A DNA stretch of 62,699 nucleotides from Phoronis australis (Eukaryota; Animalia; Phoronida): contig NMRA01000618.1 in the NCBI GenBank assembly GCA_002633005.1, forward strand, positions 54,420-117,118, written 5' to 3'. The notes beneath the pieces are model-generated. The model saw only the letters and a program-made list of their open reading frames with translations. It did no database searches and had not been told where the DNA came from. A program made the translations under genes and the position numbers. Shown one piece after another: positions 14,981-27,323 of this stretch. Each line of letters starts with the position of its first letter. Position 1 is the first letter of the stretch.

Positions 14981-15450
14981 CAAAGGTGTAGTGCCAGAAA
15001 AAATAGTGAGGGGGCACTAAAGAAAAATAATAAAATGCACAGATATTGTTGCAAAGTGTTGTAAAACCAAAAAGTTTAGTAGTTTCTGGTGTTTTCACCG
15101 ACTCATCTCACTTTGAGACCCAAGTTCATATTGATTTCAGCCAAGGTCTGGTGTTTTTTTAATGCTGTTCAAAAGCACACGTGGTAGCAAGGCTTGAAAG
15201 GCCATGATCTGCAAACTGATGAATGATAAAAGAAAAGACCCGTATTTTTTTGCTCATCGTAGGTGGATTTTTTTAAGTTTACAACTAAAAATAGCACACC
15301 AGCAATTTGATTTTCAAAAAATAGTACCAAAATCAACTATGTTTTTTGACTTAACACGGTACACCATTTTTAATAGAAAATAAAACCTCTCACAAAATGT
15401 AATTGAGGGAAGTGGCTTCCCCTTAACTTTGCCCTTGGCTACACTTCTTG
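14981..15450. mobile_element. Degenerate hAT-like MITE
   Basis: CAAAGGTGTAGTGCCAG ... TGGCTACACTTCTTG form imperfect inverted ends. Confidence 0.3.
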
Positions 15451-17930
15451 GTACATCTGTGTTAAATAATCGGATCATCTACTGTCAGATTTTCTCAGTT
15501 TATAGACTGATGAAAGTCCATGTCGTTCGGTTAAATGGCAGCTATGTTTTTGCTGCGCCAGCGGCAATTGGGAAAGGCTTAAAAATTCTGTATTTAGATC
15601 AGCTCACTTTGAAATAGGTCATGTCTTTGAAAAAGCGTGGTTTTGAATAGGTTTTGGACTAAATTGATTGTGCTAAAATTTGTGTCATTAGGCTTTTCAC
15701 TTATTAGTGGAAGCAGGAAGCATATTTATTAAGCAGGTCAAGAGCTGAAAGGCAAGACTCTTTAGTGTGGATCTCGACCTCCTTGTTTAATACCTGATTC
15801 AGAAAATAAAATTAATGTTTTCTAGCCATTTAGGTAGCATGAGTAACAGCTCTGAAGTCTTAAACCATCCTAGTTTAGGTGGTCCTTAAGATAAACTTCT
15901 AAGAGCTTATCGTATCAACTTGGAGGTGTCTTTGCTTTGGGAAATGTTGGTGTAAGTGGTTAACAATGATCAGGGATGAAGTTAATGGTGCAGTAAAGTT
16001 TGCCTTAAATATATGGTTTGATCAACAGAGGTCAGCACTTGGATGTGGTGTAAACAATAATTTCATTGCTATCAGAGTTATCACCAGGTGTCGCTGTCAA
16101 TAGCAGCATGTGTTCTGATATTATTTGATATTTTCAATTAATTCACCGTTCTCTTTCTTTATTTCTTGTCTGACCAGATAAAGGACACTAAAGAATTTAT
16201 GAGAATTGCCCTGCCTAACGTCTTCCCAGTGTCATCTTGTTATGTTACCTGTATGACCCACATATCAAACTGTGATAGTTTCAACATCTGCTAACTACTG
16301 GAGCCTGTCTGAAAGGTGCAGAGACATACATCCAGGATCCTCTGGTACCAGTGTTAGCTTAGTACCACATGTCTATTGCAAACTCTTGCTTTGAGGTCTA
16401 ATTACCAATAGTGTTCCCTCTGGGAACAGGAGATTAAATTTAGGTTCCATGTTAAATTGAATGATCAGTTTAAAATTAATTTCATCTATTCCATAGTTAT
16501 TCACCTATTATTTAGTGGTCAGTTTGTCTGATAAGTGATTTTTTCTGAAATTTCTTAGCATATTAAAGATATCGACATTTTTAGTCTAGATATTGTGAGT
16601 TTGGTTTGTAGTTGGTAGTCTTTTTCAGCAAGGTTAATTAAGCAGACTCTGAAAAATTGGAAATGTTTACCTGTTAATAAGTTCCCTGCAAAGATATGGC
16701 CGTGACTAGGGTACCTTTCGTAATATGAGGTGAAATAAAAAATACGCTATGAGTATTCTGAACACGGAAAGTAGAATTTTTCTCAGTTTTGTTTTTTGTT
16801 GGAGTTTTTGAGTATTCAAATCTGCCTGGTTGGGTCCATTGCATTTTTAGTGGAGTAGAAATCAAGACAGTTCTATTAATTAAGCAAGTGGTCCACTTTT
16901 GTTTTTGGTGAACTTCTGAACATCCTCTGTGATTTATTAGATTCTAATCACTTGGTTCAAAAGAAACTATTCTTTTTTGTCTTTGACAAATGTACAAATT
17001 ACTAGAAAGTTCTTGTGACAATTTTCAAGAACTATCTGAATCATTACTGTGTGCAAGTTAGTAGAAGAATATGTCACAATCTCACTAGTGAGGAAACACT
17101 AGGTGAAATTTTATCTCCCTATTTTTCATATGACAAGTAGCACAAAATCAATGTGTTGCCAGTTTTAGGCTTTATTGCGTCACTTTGCACCAGACAAGAT
17201 GTTGAGTAGCTATGGTCATTCCCCACAATAGTGAGAAGCCTATGCGAAATGACAAATGATCTATTTTTTATGATTATTTTGTCTAACATTGGTGTGATGT
17301 TACTGTATGGGGCTTAACAGTGAACTGGCAGTTTGAGGGTTCTGCAGTTATGTAGTTATGTGTTCATGGTAACCAGACTTAGAGTTCATGCAATTATTGC
17401 CAGCTTTTCTATTTTCATAACCAGGCTGTTTGTAGTGATTCAGCAGCACATGTATCTGCGACAGACTGGGATTGTGAGGCTGTTTAATGAGTCAGGAATG
17501 CTGCCAACGAGCGCAATTTAAAATAAAGCATGACCATTGATACTAAGAGTGTCAATTTGTTTCAGAAAATGAATTATTTCTTCAAACTCTAAATTATTTG
17601 CAATTTGTCACCCACAAGTGATTTGTGTGTGTGTCCCAACGTAATAGTCGCATTAGTTCCGATCCCGGGATATGCACATGTAATCTTACTTGATGTTTCT
17701 CTTACTCTTGGTGGGTCCACTGGACCCAGGCAGCACTGACCAGGTATTGTTTGTTCCCATAGCTGGATGATACATCATTATGTAGAACCAAGTCCATGGT
17801 GAGTGGCCCAACCTCTTAACACTTAATCATCTTACACTGTTGTATGCTGACAGTTCAGTCACTAACCTCTTTCCGTGGATGTTGTTAATGCACCGTTTCC
17901 CTTCCCTGTAAAGTCTACATCCATACAGTA

Positions 17931-18164
17931 CACGGTGAAAGTAATCGGACAAAGTACCGTTCCCCTTACCACTTCGCTTAAACAGCAAACATGACTTTAA
18001 AGCAAAATCATAATTACTGAATGGCTTTGATACCCAAATGATTTTCTTGTTAATTCCCTTCGTCCTGGGTTGTGATGGAAAATCACCCCGACGATGAATG
18101 CAGCTCCTGCCCAACTGCCATAACAGGGAATTATGGGCCATTTTGTCTGAATACTTCTGACGTG
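17931..18164. mobile_element. MITE with TA TSD (Tc1/mariner-type non-autonomous)
   Basis: TA|CACGGTGAAAGTAATCGGACAAA ... TTTGTCTGAATACTTCTGACGTG|TA. Related copies occur at ~19516-19690 and ~21120-21295. Confidence 0.65.
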
Positions 18165-19126
18165 TACTGTACGTTCTTTACACGGATACTGTTGAGCTAG
18201 GATTGATGTTCATTCGTCAGTATATTGAAACGAACATACTTTCTCTGCTTACAGTTTTGCCCAAAGTCGTGCATCTTAAGTGGGAAACGTTTTTAGACCC
18301 CTGGCATGGTTCTGAGCCCTTAGAGATCCACCAAGTGACAATTATGGGAAACAATTTCAATTGGGGACAGAAATAAGAAATTGCCAATTACATACTGACT
18401 GTTCTTCACAAAGCCAGAAATTACTTGTAATCTCAATGAGCATTGAGTTGAGGCAAGGTTTATACCATAAAACAGATGGCATGAATGTAGCAGACTTCTT
18501 TAGTGTGGCGCTACTGTAGTATAAATAGAAATGTCTCCAATGATAATTTTCTAGTCTAGAAAGCTTGTGCTTTCTGCTGGGGGGAAACCATTTTAATTTC
18601 TATGACGGTGAAAATCTGTTTCGTTGCCAGTTTTATTGCCTCCCCCAAAAACATTGGTTGAATATGTCCTCTTGTGCCTAGGCACTGCAACAGCGCTGGG
18701 TTGGTTATGTTGACAGGGGTCCCAGACTGGAATTGTAAGATGGAGGAGTGCCTACACATCTTTCTACCCAATGTCCATTTCAGTTAAGTTTAACACAGGC
18801 CTGATGACTGCTGCTTTCTGTATTTTGGTCTATAGATAGAATGAGATTTGCCAGTAGGTGTCTGGGATTCACTGCCAATGATTCAATAGAAGTTAATGGT
18901 GATAGTTGGCTGTCTTCTCATTGCATGAGCTCCTGCATGACCACCAGTGAATCAGGCTCACATTGTGTACTGTTGGTCACTTGCCAGACATGTGTACAGA
19001 GAGAAATCTTGGTAGCAAATGTTTACTTACAGTTAGATAATTTCTTATGAATCGACATGCTCTCCTTACTCAGACAAATCTGTTCTTTGGCATTCATTTT
19101 TTCTACTGTGCACTGATAAGGTTGCA

Positions 19127-20500
19127 TGCTTACTCTTAAACGCCAGCATTCTAAGAATTGCATGGTCTCTCCATTCTAATTCCATGGTCTCCCCAAGCCT
19201 AATATGGATTGCACAGTCCCTGGACTGGCCGCCAGGCAAAAATATGACATTCTTATTGACCTAGTTTGGATTCGTGTTTCCTATAAGTCTTTGCTCACTT
19301 CTATATTGAATGGAATTTCTTTGTCCCTATACCCCCACCATTGTTTTCCTGTGCATTCTGGGTATTCCATGCTAGACGCATCTGATGAATTGGTTATGCG
19401 TGCTGTTGCTCAACCATTTTCAACATGTAAAGAAGTAGATCCAAGTTTTATTAAAGCAAGTGTTCTGCTGCCAATATCATTATATTTTTGAAAATTCAAG
19501 TTGCTTCTATATGACACGTCTGAAGTAATCGGACGAAGTACCGTTTGTCGTGATAATGAGTAACGACCGGTCTTTCTAGAGCTAATCTGACAGTGAAGTC
19601 CTGTTCCACTCAGCCATAATGAAGAGGTGTTTCGGTTGTGCTCGGCCATCGTGACAGGAATTTCCGGGTCATTTTGTCCGATTATCTGTGGCTTTTACTG
19701 TGGGTTTTGTTGCTTTTACTTAGGATGTTTTTATCTGCTGATTTTATTTTACTGTCCACTGTGGTCATGATCTTGTACAACAAAGTTGTCCTAAGTAAAT
19801 GTAGAGTCTGGGGATTTAGAAACTGGAGACTCCCCTGAGAATGAGTTGGGAATTTGAAATCATCAACCCCATAATATAATCAGCAGTGACATTCTAACAC
19901 CAATACAGTTGCTATTGATCTAAACTAAAGTTGTCCTCACTGGCTCAGCTAGCAGTCATTGGACATGACTTTCATGTGATTTAGGGTAGAGAAACAATTC
20001 AATGACCAGGACCTTGAATTTGTGTTGAGTTCCCTTGGGCATTGTTTAGTCTGAGGGTCATGAATGTTGTGTAGGTTGGCCACTAAGTCTGACCTAGTGT
20101 CAATGTTGTTATACTTCTAACCAATCTGAATGTTTTGGGGTCAACGTTTTGTGACATAAAACTAGTGAGTACCCTAAGCATGGTTTTTTGTCAATGTTTG
20201 GTGTCCAATGGTAGTTACAAAATTAACACAATGGTAAGGGGTCACATGTTAACCTGCACCATCAGGTCCTATGGGTGACCTGATTGGACATATAATATAC
20301 AGGTTTTACAACTGTGTCGTTACTCAACCCTGATATCTATAACTGAACCTGCCTGGATCTCATTTGCCATGAAAATCACCTATTGCATGTTTTTGCAGTT
20401 GATTATGTTTCCTCTAATACACTCTGCTAACATCTAAGTACTATATTTTGTTTTCCTTATTTTGCAGCTTAAATCTTGGATTTATCGATTTGTCTGCTAC
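19127..20500. repeat. Copy 1 of a ~1.37-kb near-identical direct duplication
   Basis: TGCTTACTCTTAAACGCCAGC ... GATTTGTCTGCTAC is repeated at 20730-22099 with scattered SNPs and small indels. Confidence 0.95.
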
Positions 20501-20728
20501 GGTAAAGTCGCGTGATTTTCGGACACTGAAAATTAATTCCAAGAGAAAAAAATCATTCTTGGACGAATCTCGCGAAATATCATTTTGTGGTGTCCGAATT
20601 TGGCGGACCTCCAAATTTGGGTTTCCGCTAGTGTCCGAATTTCGTGGGTGTACATTATTTCGATGAGCGGTCGTAGTATCAACAATGCTGGCTCGGTCAT
20701 TTGATAGCAGTATAATTGCAGGTAAATG
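20500..20728. mobile_element. 5' end of a TA-inserted DNA transposon/MITE, truncated at an assembly 'n'
   Basis: TA|CGGTAAAGTCGCGTGATTTTCGGACAC with internal GTGTCCGAATTT repeats. It is absent at the same TA site in copy 2. Confidence 0.7.
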
Positions 20729-20729
20729 N

Positions 20730-22099
20730 TGCTTACTCTTAAACGCCAGCATTCTAAGAATTGCATGGTCTCTCCATTCTAATTCCATGGTCTCCCCAAG
20801 AGCCTAATATGGATTGCACAGTCCCTGGACTGGCCGCCAGGCAAAAATATGACTTTCTTATTGACCCAGTTTGGATTCATGTTTCCTATAAGTCTCTGCT
20901 CACTTCTATATTGAATGGAATTTTTTTGTCCCTATACCCCCACCGTTGTTTTCCTGTGCATTCTGGGTATTCCATGCCAGATGCATCTGATGAATTGGTT
21001 ATGCCTGCTGTTGCTCAACCATTTTCAACATGTAAAGAAGTAGATCCAAGTCTTATTAAAGCAAGTGTTCTGCTGCCAATATCATTATATTTTTGAAAAT
21101 TCAAGTTGCTTCTATATGGCACGTCTGAAGTAATCGGACGAAGTACCGTTTGTCGTGATAACGGGTAACGACCGGTCTTTCTAGAGCTAATCTGACAGTG
21201 AAGTCCTCTTCCTCTCAGCCATAGTGAAGAGGTGTTTCGGTTGTGCTCGGCCGTCGTGACAGGAATTTCCGGGTCATTTTGTCCGATTATCTGTTGCTTT
21301 TACTGTGGGTTTTGTTGCCTTTACTTAGGATGTTTTTATTTGCTGATTTTATTTTACTGTCCACTCTGGTCATGATCTTGTATAACAAAGTTGTCCTAAG
21401 TAAATGTAGAGTCTGGGATTTAGAAACTGGAGACTCCCCTGAGAGTGAGTTGGGAATTTGAAATCATCAACCCCATAATATAATCAGCAGTGACATTCTA
21501 ACACCAATACAGTTGCTATTGATCTAAACTAAAGTTGTCCTCACTGGCTCAGCTAGCAGTCATTTGACAGGACTTCCATGTGATTTAGGGTAGAGAAACA
21601 ATTCAATGACCAGGATGTTGAATTTGTGTTGAGTTCCCTTGGGCATTGTTTAGTCTGAGGGACATGAATGTTGTGTAGGTTGGTCACTAAGTCTGACCTA
21701 GTGTCAATGTTGTTATACTTGTAACCAATCTGAATGTTTTGGGGTCAACGTTTTGTGACATAAAAGTAGTGAGTACCCTAAGCATGGTTTTTTGTCAATG
21801 TTTGGTGTCCAATGGTAGTTACAACATTAACACAATGGTAAGGGGTCACATGTTAACCTGCACCATCAGGTCCTACGGGTGACCTGATTGGACATATACA
21901 GGTTTTACAACTGTGTCGTTACTCAACCCTGATATCTATAACTGAACCTGCCTGGATCTCATTTGCCATGAAAATCACCAATTGCATGTTTTTGCAGTTG
22001 ATTATATTTCCTCTAATACACTCTGCTAACATCTAAGTACTATATTTTGTTTTCCTTATTTTGCAGCTTAAATCTTGGATTTATCGATTTGTCTGCTAC
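20730..22099. repeat. Copy 2 of the ~1.37-kb duplication (empty-site allele)
   Basis: Begins immediately after the 'n' at 20729 and ends CTGCTA|CATTG without the insertion. Confidence 0.95.
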
Positions 22100-22412
22100 A
22101 TTGCTTTCAATGTACCATTGTATCTCAATGTGTTTTTAACCCCTACCCAGATATTTTATGTTCCAGGACTAAGTATTACATGAAAAACCTAATTTTTGCT
22201 GGCATAACTATGGTCAGTTTCCAAGAAAACTTGAACAGCACAGAATCCATAGCAAAAGTAACCTGAATTTAACTGACATGTTTCTGCGCACTTTGTATGG
22301 CGGCTGGTAATGGACATACCTTAGATAGGCAAAAATAAATCTGACTCTACGACTTAAAAAGGTGACTGCAAGGTTCAAAAGCCGAAGCCTGGTTTTAAAG
22401 TGGTGTACTTAA

Positions 22413-22531
22413 AAGGGTAATAGTTGAATACATTAACGTGCCCGCATTTTGAGACCCAGTTTTCACTACTGAATAATGGACATCAATTGGTTCTCTAAAT
22501 GTGGCCACATTATTTGAGACTTATTGCCCTT
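22413..22531. mobile_element. Small palindromic MITE, intronic copy
   Basis: TAACGTGCCCGCATTTTGAGACCCAGTTT ... TTGGTTCTCTAAATGTGGCCACATTA. A homologous copy is at 45557-45669. Confidence 0.6.
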
Positions 22532-23705
22532 AAAGGTAATACTTGTCTTAGAAAATGAACTTGCCCGATTATTTTTTCCTTGTGTGTCCTTTACGGACCC
22601 CCGTAACTTCCTGTGCATCTCCTGCTATGGTGTTGATAAGTAGTGGTCTTCCTGTTGAAGAAATTATATTGACACCAGGTGGGGTGCCAGTGTATCTATA
22701 TTTAGATCTGAGCCAGAGTGGGGAAGATGTGTTGATTTTTAGTCAAAACTCATCATCATGTATTTCATTGTGCAAGACATGTAAATATCAATGTTATACT
22801 CGGATATCAAGGGATATTCTATCTTAGATAGTTTGTTGGTCAATCTGTAAGTAATTTCTTCAAGAAAATTCTTTATCTCAATATTTTCAAGTTATTTTTT
22901 CAGTAAACTCTCACCAGTTATGGACAAAAATGTTTTGCTAAAATTGCCTTCTTCATTTGTCATAAGGCATTCTGAATGCACACAATTTCTCTAAACATTG
23001 CCTAATGGTAGCTATAGTACACAAAATGAAATGATAAAATATTTTGTTTGTGCCACGGAAAATGAGATGTCACTTGTGCAACACTGCAGCACATTGCGTG
23101 CTTTTGTACTCTGCTGTGCCTTGTGATATGCTGAGCTGTTATTGAGGTGTACGGTAACAAATAAAATTTGTAACTTGTTAGTCCAGTCAGTACCTGAATA
23201 CATGAGTATCTTGGAAGCCTTTTTGAAGATTCATGATCATGCAAAAAGTGGATGATCTGTGTGTTATTGACAATTTCCTGAGGAAGCAGAGGGGCCACTT
23301 TGATGGATTGCTTAGTTCAGTTTCAGTCAGTGCTAATGTTGACTGGGCAACTGTATTGTCCAACTTATTTGTATGATTGGTACAAAACCTTTAAAGTTTT
23401 TTTCAACATTGCAATTTGACTTTTCATGAAATCTAAAGCAATGTCTTAGCAACCCACTGTGAAATAGAAGCACTTCCCTGTTTAAGTTAGGTGGCAGCAC
23501 CAGTTCTCGGCCTAATGTGACCTGTTGTTACCGCTTGACATGCATTTCTCATGTGCAAATATCTTTAGCACACAAGTAATGGTTAGCAGGGAAGACTGGC
23601 AGTTCCAAGCAAAACTGTTAAAACTGCACCAATTTGGACTAAATTAATTGCCAACATTGCCCTTTTTCCCTTTTCAAGGGCTTTTTGTTCTGAAAACTGT
23701 TATTT

Positions 23706-24149
23706 TTATTCAGGGGTAAAGCCAATATTCAGGGGTAAAGCCAATATTCAAGGGTAAGGCCAATATTCAGGGGTAAGTCCAATACTCATGGGTAGGCCAA
23801 TATTCAGGTGTAAAGCCATATTCATGGGTGAAGCCAATATTCAGCTGTAAAGCCAATATTCAGCTGTAAAGCCAATATTCAGCTGTAAAGCCAATATTCA
23901 GGTGTAAAGCCAATGTTCAGGGGTAAAGATAATGTTCAGGGGTAAAGCCAATGTTCAGGGTTTAAGCCAATATTCAGGTGTTAAGCCAATATTCAGGGGT
24001 AAAGCCAATATTCAGCTGTAAAGCCAATATTCAGGGGTAAAGCCAATATTTAGGTGTAAAACCAATATTCAGGGGTAAAGCCAATATTCAGGAGTAATGC
24101 CAATATTCAGGTGTAAAGCCAATATTCAGGTGTAAAGCCAATATTCAGA
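23706..24149. repeat. 19-bp minisatellite x~23 (TATTCAGGGGTAAAGCCAA)
   Basis: Tandem array with variant blocks (GGGG/CTG/GTG). Confidence 0.95.
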
Positions 24150-24919
24150 TGACAGACTTCAAGATGCTTTGGTAAATCTCTAACTCCAGTGACCAGAATC
24201 TATTAACAAAACTGCCTAACTGCCTAGGATGATTCACTTGACCTTGGTTTTGTTCCAGCAATAAGCGCCATCTTTGGGTTGTGACCTATCTGGAAATTAA
24301 ATGCTTTAGCCAGATCCAATACATCCCACTTGACCTGTATCTAATGGCCTAATGGTATAAACAGCCAAGGCTAGATGGCAGATAATATTCCAGTCATATT
24401 TTGACTTCAAGCTGATAGAGTGTCTGTATGAGACTGGATTGTTTCTCTGCCCTGGGTGATATCCAGTGAACAATTGTAACTCATTTTCTTGGGTTGACTT
24501 CACATATCGCAAACTTAAAGGATACAAAACCCGTTTTTTGTCTGTAAACCAATACTAATATCAACTTTCCCATCCAGTTCTCTGAAACAAAGTAATGCTG
24601 TGTAAGTCATCAAAACAGGGTTTAGTACTCTTTTAAGATTCTTTAATTTCAGAAAAATATAACGTTCAAAATTAGTCTGCCATTCTTTTATTTTCAAAGG
24701 TTTTCTACACTACTGTAAATGCTAAAACTTTGCTCTCCTTGTTACTGTTTGTAATTAAAATTTCACGAGTGAAGTTCAAAAGCATCTGAATACTTCACTT
24801 AGGGAAATTTAACGACTGCGGCATTGAGTGATTGGAATCGCCCAGTCTTGCCTCGCCTATTACCATCTTGGTTCTAGTGTTTATGTATGTGGTGACCCTA
24901 ATATTGATGGTGGTTTCAG

Positions 24920-25092
24920 AGCGTGGATAAACTGCAAAGAGAGAGTAGAAAGGTGTTCCAGGCACTACGCTACATCCATGGGGTGGTGGACAAGAACACA
25001 CTCCAGATGCTGCCGGGTTCAGCCTCCATCGTCCTGGAGACCGTCATGGAGATGAATACGTTGCTAAGCAACTACTTCATAAACCAGCAGAG
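24920..25092 (+). CDS. RAPGEF1: RAPGEF1/C3G exon (N-terminal helical domain)
   Basis: tttcag|...AG|gtgag. Encodes SVDKLQRESRKVFQALRYIHGVVDKNTLQMLPGSASIVLETV, which resembles the C3G ALRYF...MLPGSAS.VLE segment. Not the frame given in the ORF track. Confidence 0.9.
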
Positions 25093-27168
25093 GTGAGAAG
25101 GGGTTCTTATAATTGAGAAGAATTACAAACTGTGCGCATGGTTTGTTTCACTGTTTAGTTTTAAATTCAAACTCTATTCTATTTGCATTTACTACACATG
25201 CAGTGCATTTTTGCCACACAGTTAGGAATATTACGAGGCTGGTTTCATGGGAGTAAAAGGCTAATTCGGTCTTTGTTTTAGCCAACTAAGCATTAAAATG
25301 CAGTTTTAAATTGTCCTCGTTTAAAAGTAGATTTTTTTAAATTGCGTTATTTAAGTCAGTTTTTATGGCAGTTTAACTGCAGTTTAACGTCTTACATAGC
25401 GTAGCAACTCGGGAGAGTGCTAACACTTAGTGGGAAAGTGGCATTAATGCTATCTCATTACCACAAGTTATTGATTTACCTTGAACCAGAGCACTGTTTT
25501 TCTGGCTCACTTCTACTGTTTTCACCTTTCAATTCCAACTCTTGTAAACAGATGTCTTCAGATGCCTCCAGCCTGGTGTTGTTTTGACCTTTACTTGACT
25601 AACACTTGATCTTGTTTACCCCAGACCTCATGGCCAGGCTGTGGATCAATTTCTGCTAAGCTCTGTCTATGGTACCAGGGGAACCTGTCATTTACCCTTT
25701 GTGGAAAATGTGTACAGCTTTTTGTATACCTAAGACATTGTTATCATAATACAGTCATTTGCTGTTAGGCTTTCCCTAATTAAAGCTGAATTTTATGCCG
25801 TTTAGCTGACTGAAAAGTGAAAATTATGTTAGGCCTTTTACTCTTGCCCAATTCCTTTTACTTTATCTACAAAAGCATCATAATCATCGATGACTTAGGA
25901 AAACGCTTGAAGATGGTAAATGTACACATTACCTGTGACGGGAGTTGCTGGATAGTTCACCTACAATTAAGAATCAGATGAGCATGGTATTGTATTTAAA
26001 CCCCAAAGCACTTGTGTTGGGATTGAACATCGGTAATTAGTTAATATCTCTCCTAAATTATGACACAGCATGGCAAAGCTGTGAAATATTATTTTTTTCA
26101 TTTTTTCACAAACGATAAGTTGCCCGAAATGAAGTCTTTGTCAGTCGTGTATACCATACCTAACATTTGTATACCATTCTTACCATTGAACATTTTGCAG
26201 AAAATGTGCACTTTCGCAACATTGATACAATCTTTTGAAAAAATAAAAAGTCTAATTCCAGCTATTAGACAAATTAAATGTGCTTAAAAATTTATTGTTT
26301 ATTCTCACCTTTGCCACTCCCCCAGTAATCGCTTAGCAACGTATCCATTTTCCAGTTATTGTTGAGACACGCTCGTTTTTATGCACCGTCTGTGGTCAAC
26401 ATCAGGTGCCTCTTGGTGGCTATTGGTGCTGTCTTTGTATCTGGTGACTGGGTTTACACAGTAGCTTTTGACGCGGAATAAATAATGATTTTTGGTTTCC
26501 TGGGAAACTTTTCCTCGGGTTGTTGACTGATGTCACTATGTGCGCGCTCAAGTTTGCAAACAACAACGTGGTTATTTTCATACTTTCAACCACTGACTTT
26601 GGTTTTAGATGTTTATTTCTCTCTGCACCAACTACTAGTAACAGGTGACAAGTCGACTTAATGCTATCAGATGTCTCCCCCATCAACTTTTTTAACAGAC
26701 ATAGTTGTGCCATTTGTCCCTAGCTGTCAAGTGTGTTAGCAACAGTGTTATAACCTTCCTACCAGACAACACAGAGCTCGTTAATTGCTAGCTAATTTGA
26801 TGAAGATTGATCATAGAAATTAGCACCACTGGACTGTGCTGTTAATCAGTAGTACTGTCAGCTGTGATCCATGGGTTGTTAGCATACCAGGGGGTTAACT
26901 TCAAAGAAATTTTCAATAATTTGGAGTAAACTTGCAATTAATCTCATTGTTCTCAGCCACTGAACTTATAGAAGATGGCCTTTTGAGATGTTTAGTTGTG
27001 AGGAGATTTGTTGTTTTATGTGTTAAGGCACTTTCTCACTGACGCCGATTGGTTGATGTACGATGGAGCCTTGGTCAGTGAGAAAAGTTTATATCCGGTC
27101 TCAGATTGAAATTCAAAGTGCAAGTTTACTTCACAGTAAACACTAGCAAAGCTTCAACGGTCACACTG

Positions 27169-27323
27169 CTAAACCCTTGAGCCAGGTTTCTTGCTCCTCA
27201 GCTCGGTTTTAACCATATATTAATAAAGCATAAAAATATTTCCAGGTGATCAGTGCAATGGGCCCACATGTGAGGCCTGCGCACGTCTGGTACAACGTGT
27301 ATCAGACCGCTTGCAATTATTTT
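27169..27323 (+). repeat. Dispersed repeat, inverted partner of 35341-35493
   Basis: Shared core TTAATAAAGCATA ... TGATCAGTGCAATGGGCCCACATG ... CGTCTGGTACAACG. Confidence 0.8.

Noticed and set aside
19204-21461. Paired similar ORFs (MDCTVPGLAARQK..., MLGHRDRNF...) as a duplicated gene family
   Set aside because: They arise from the duplicated intronic segment, have no recognisable domain and partly overlap a MITE.
24828-25055. 75-aa ORF from the ORF track
   Set aside because: Wrong frame; the C3G-homologous reading is in another frame bounded by splice sites.
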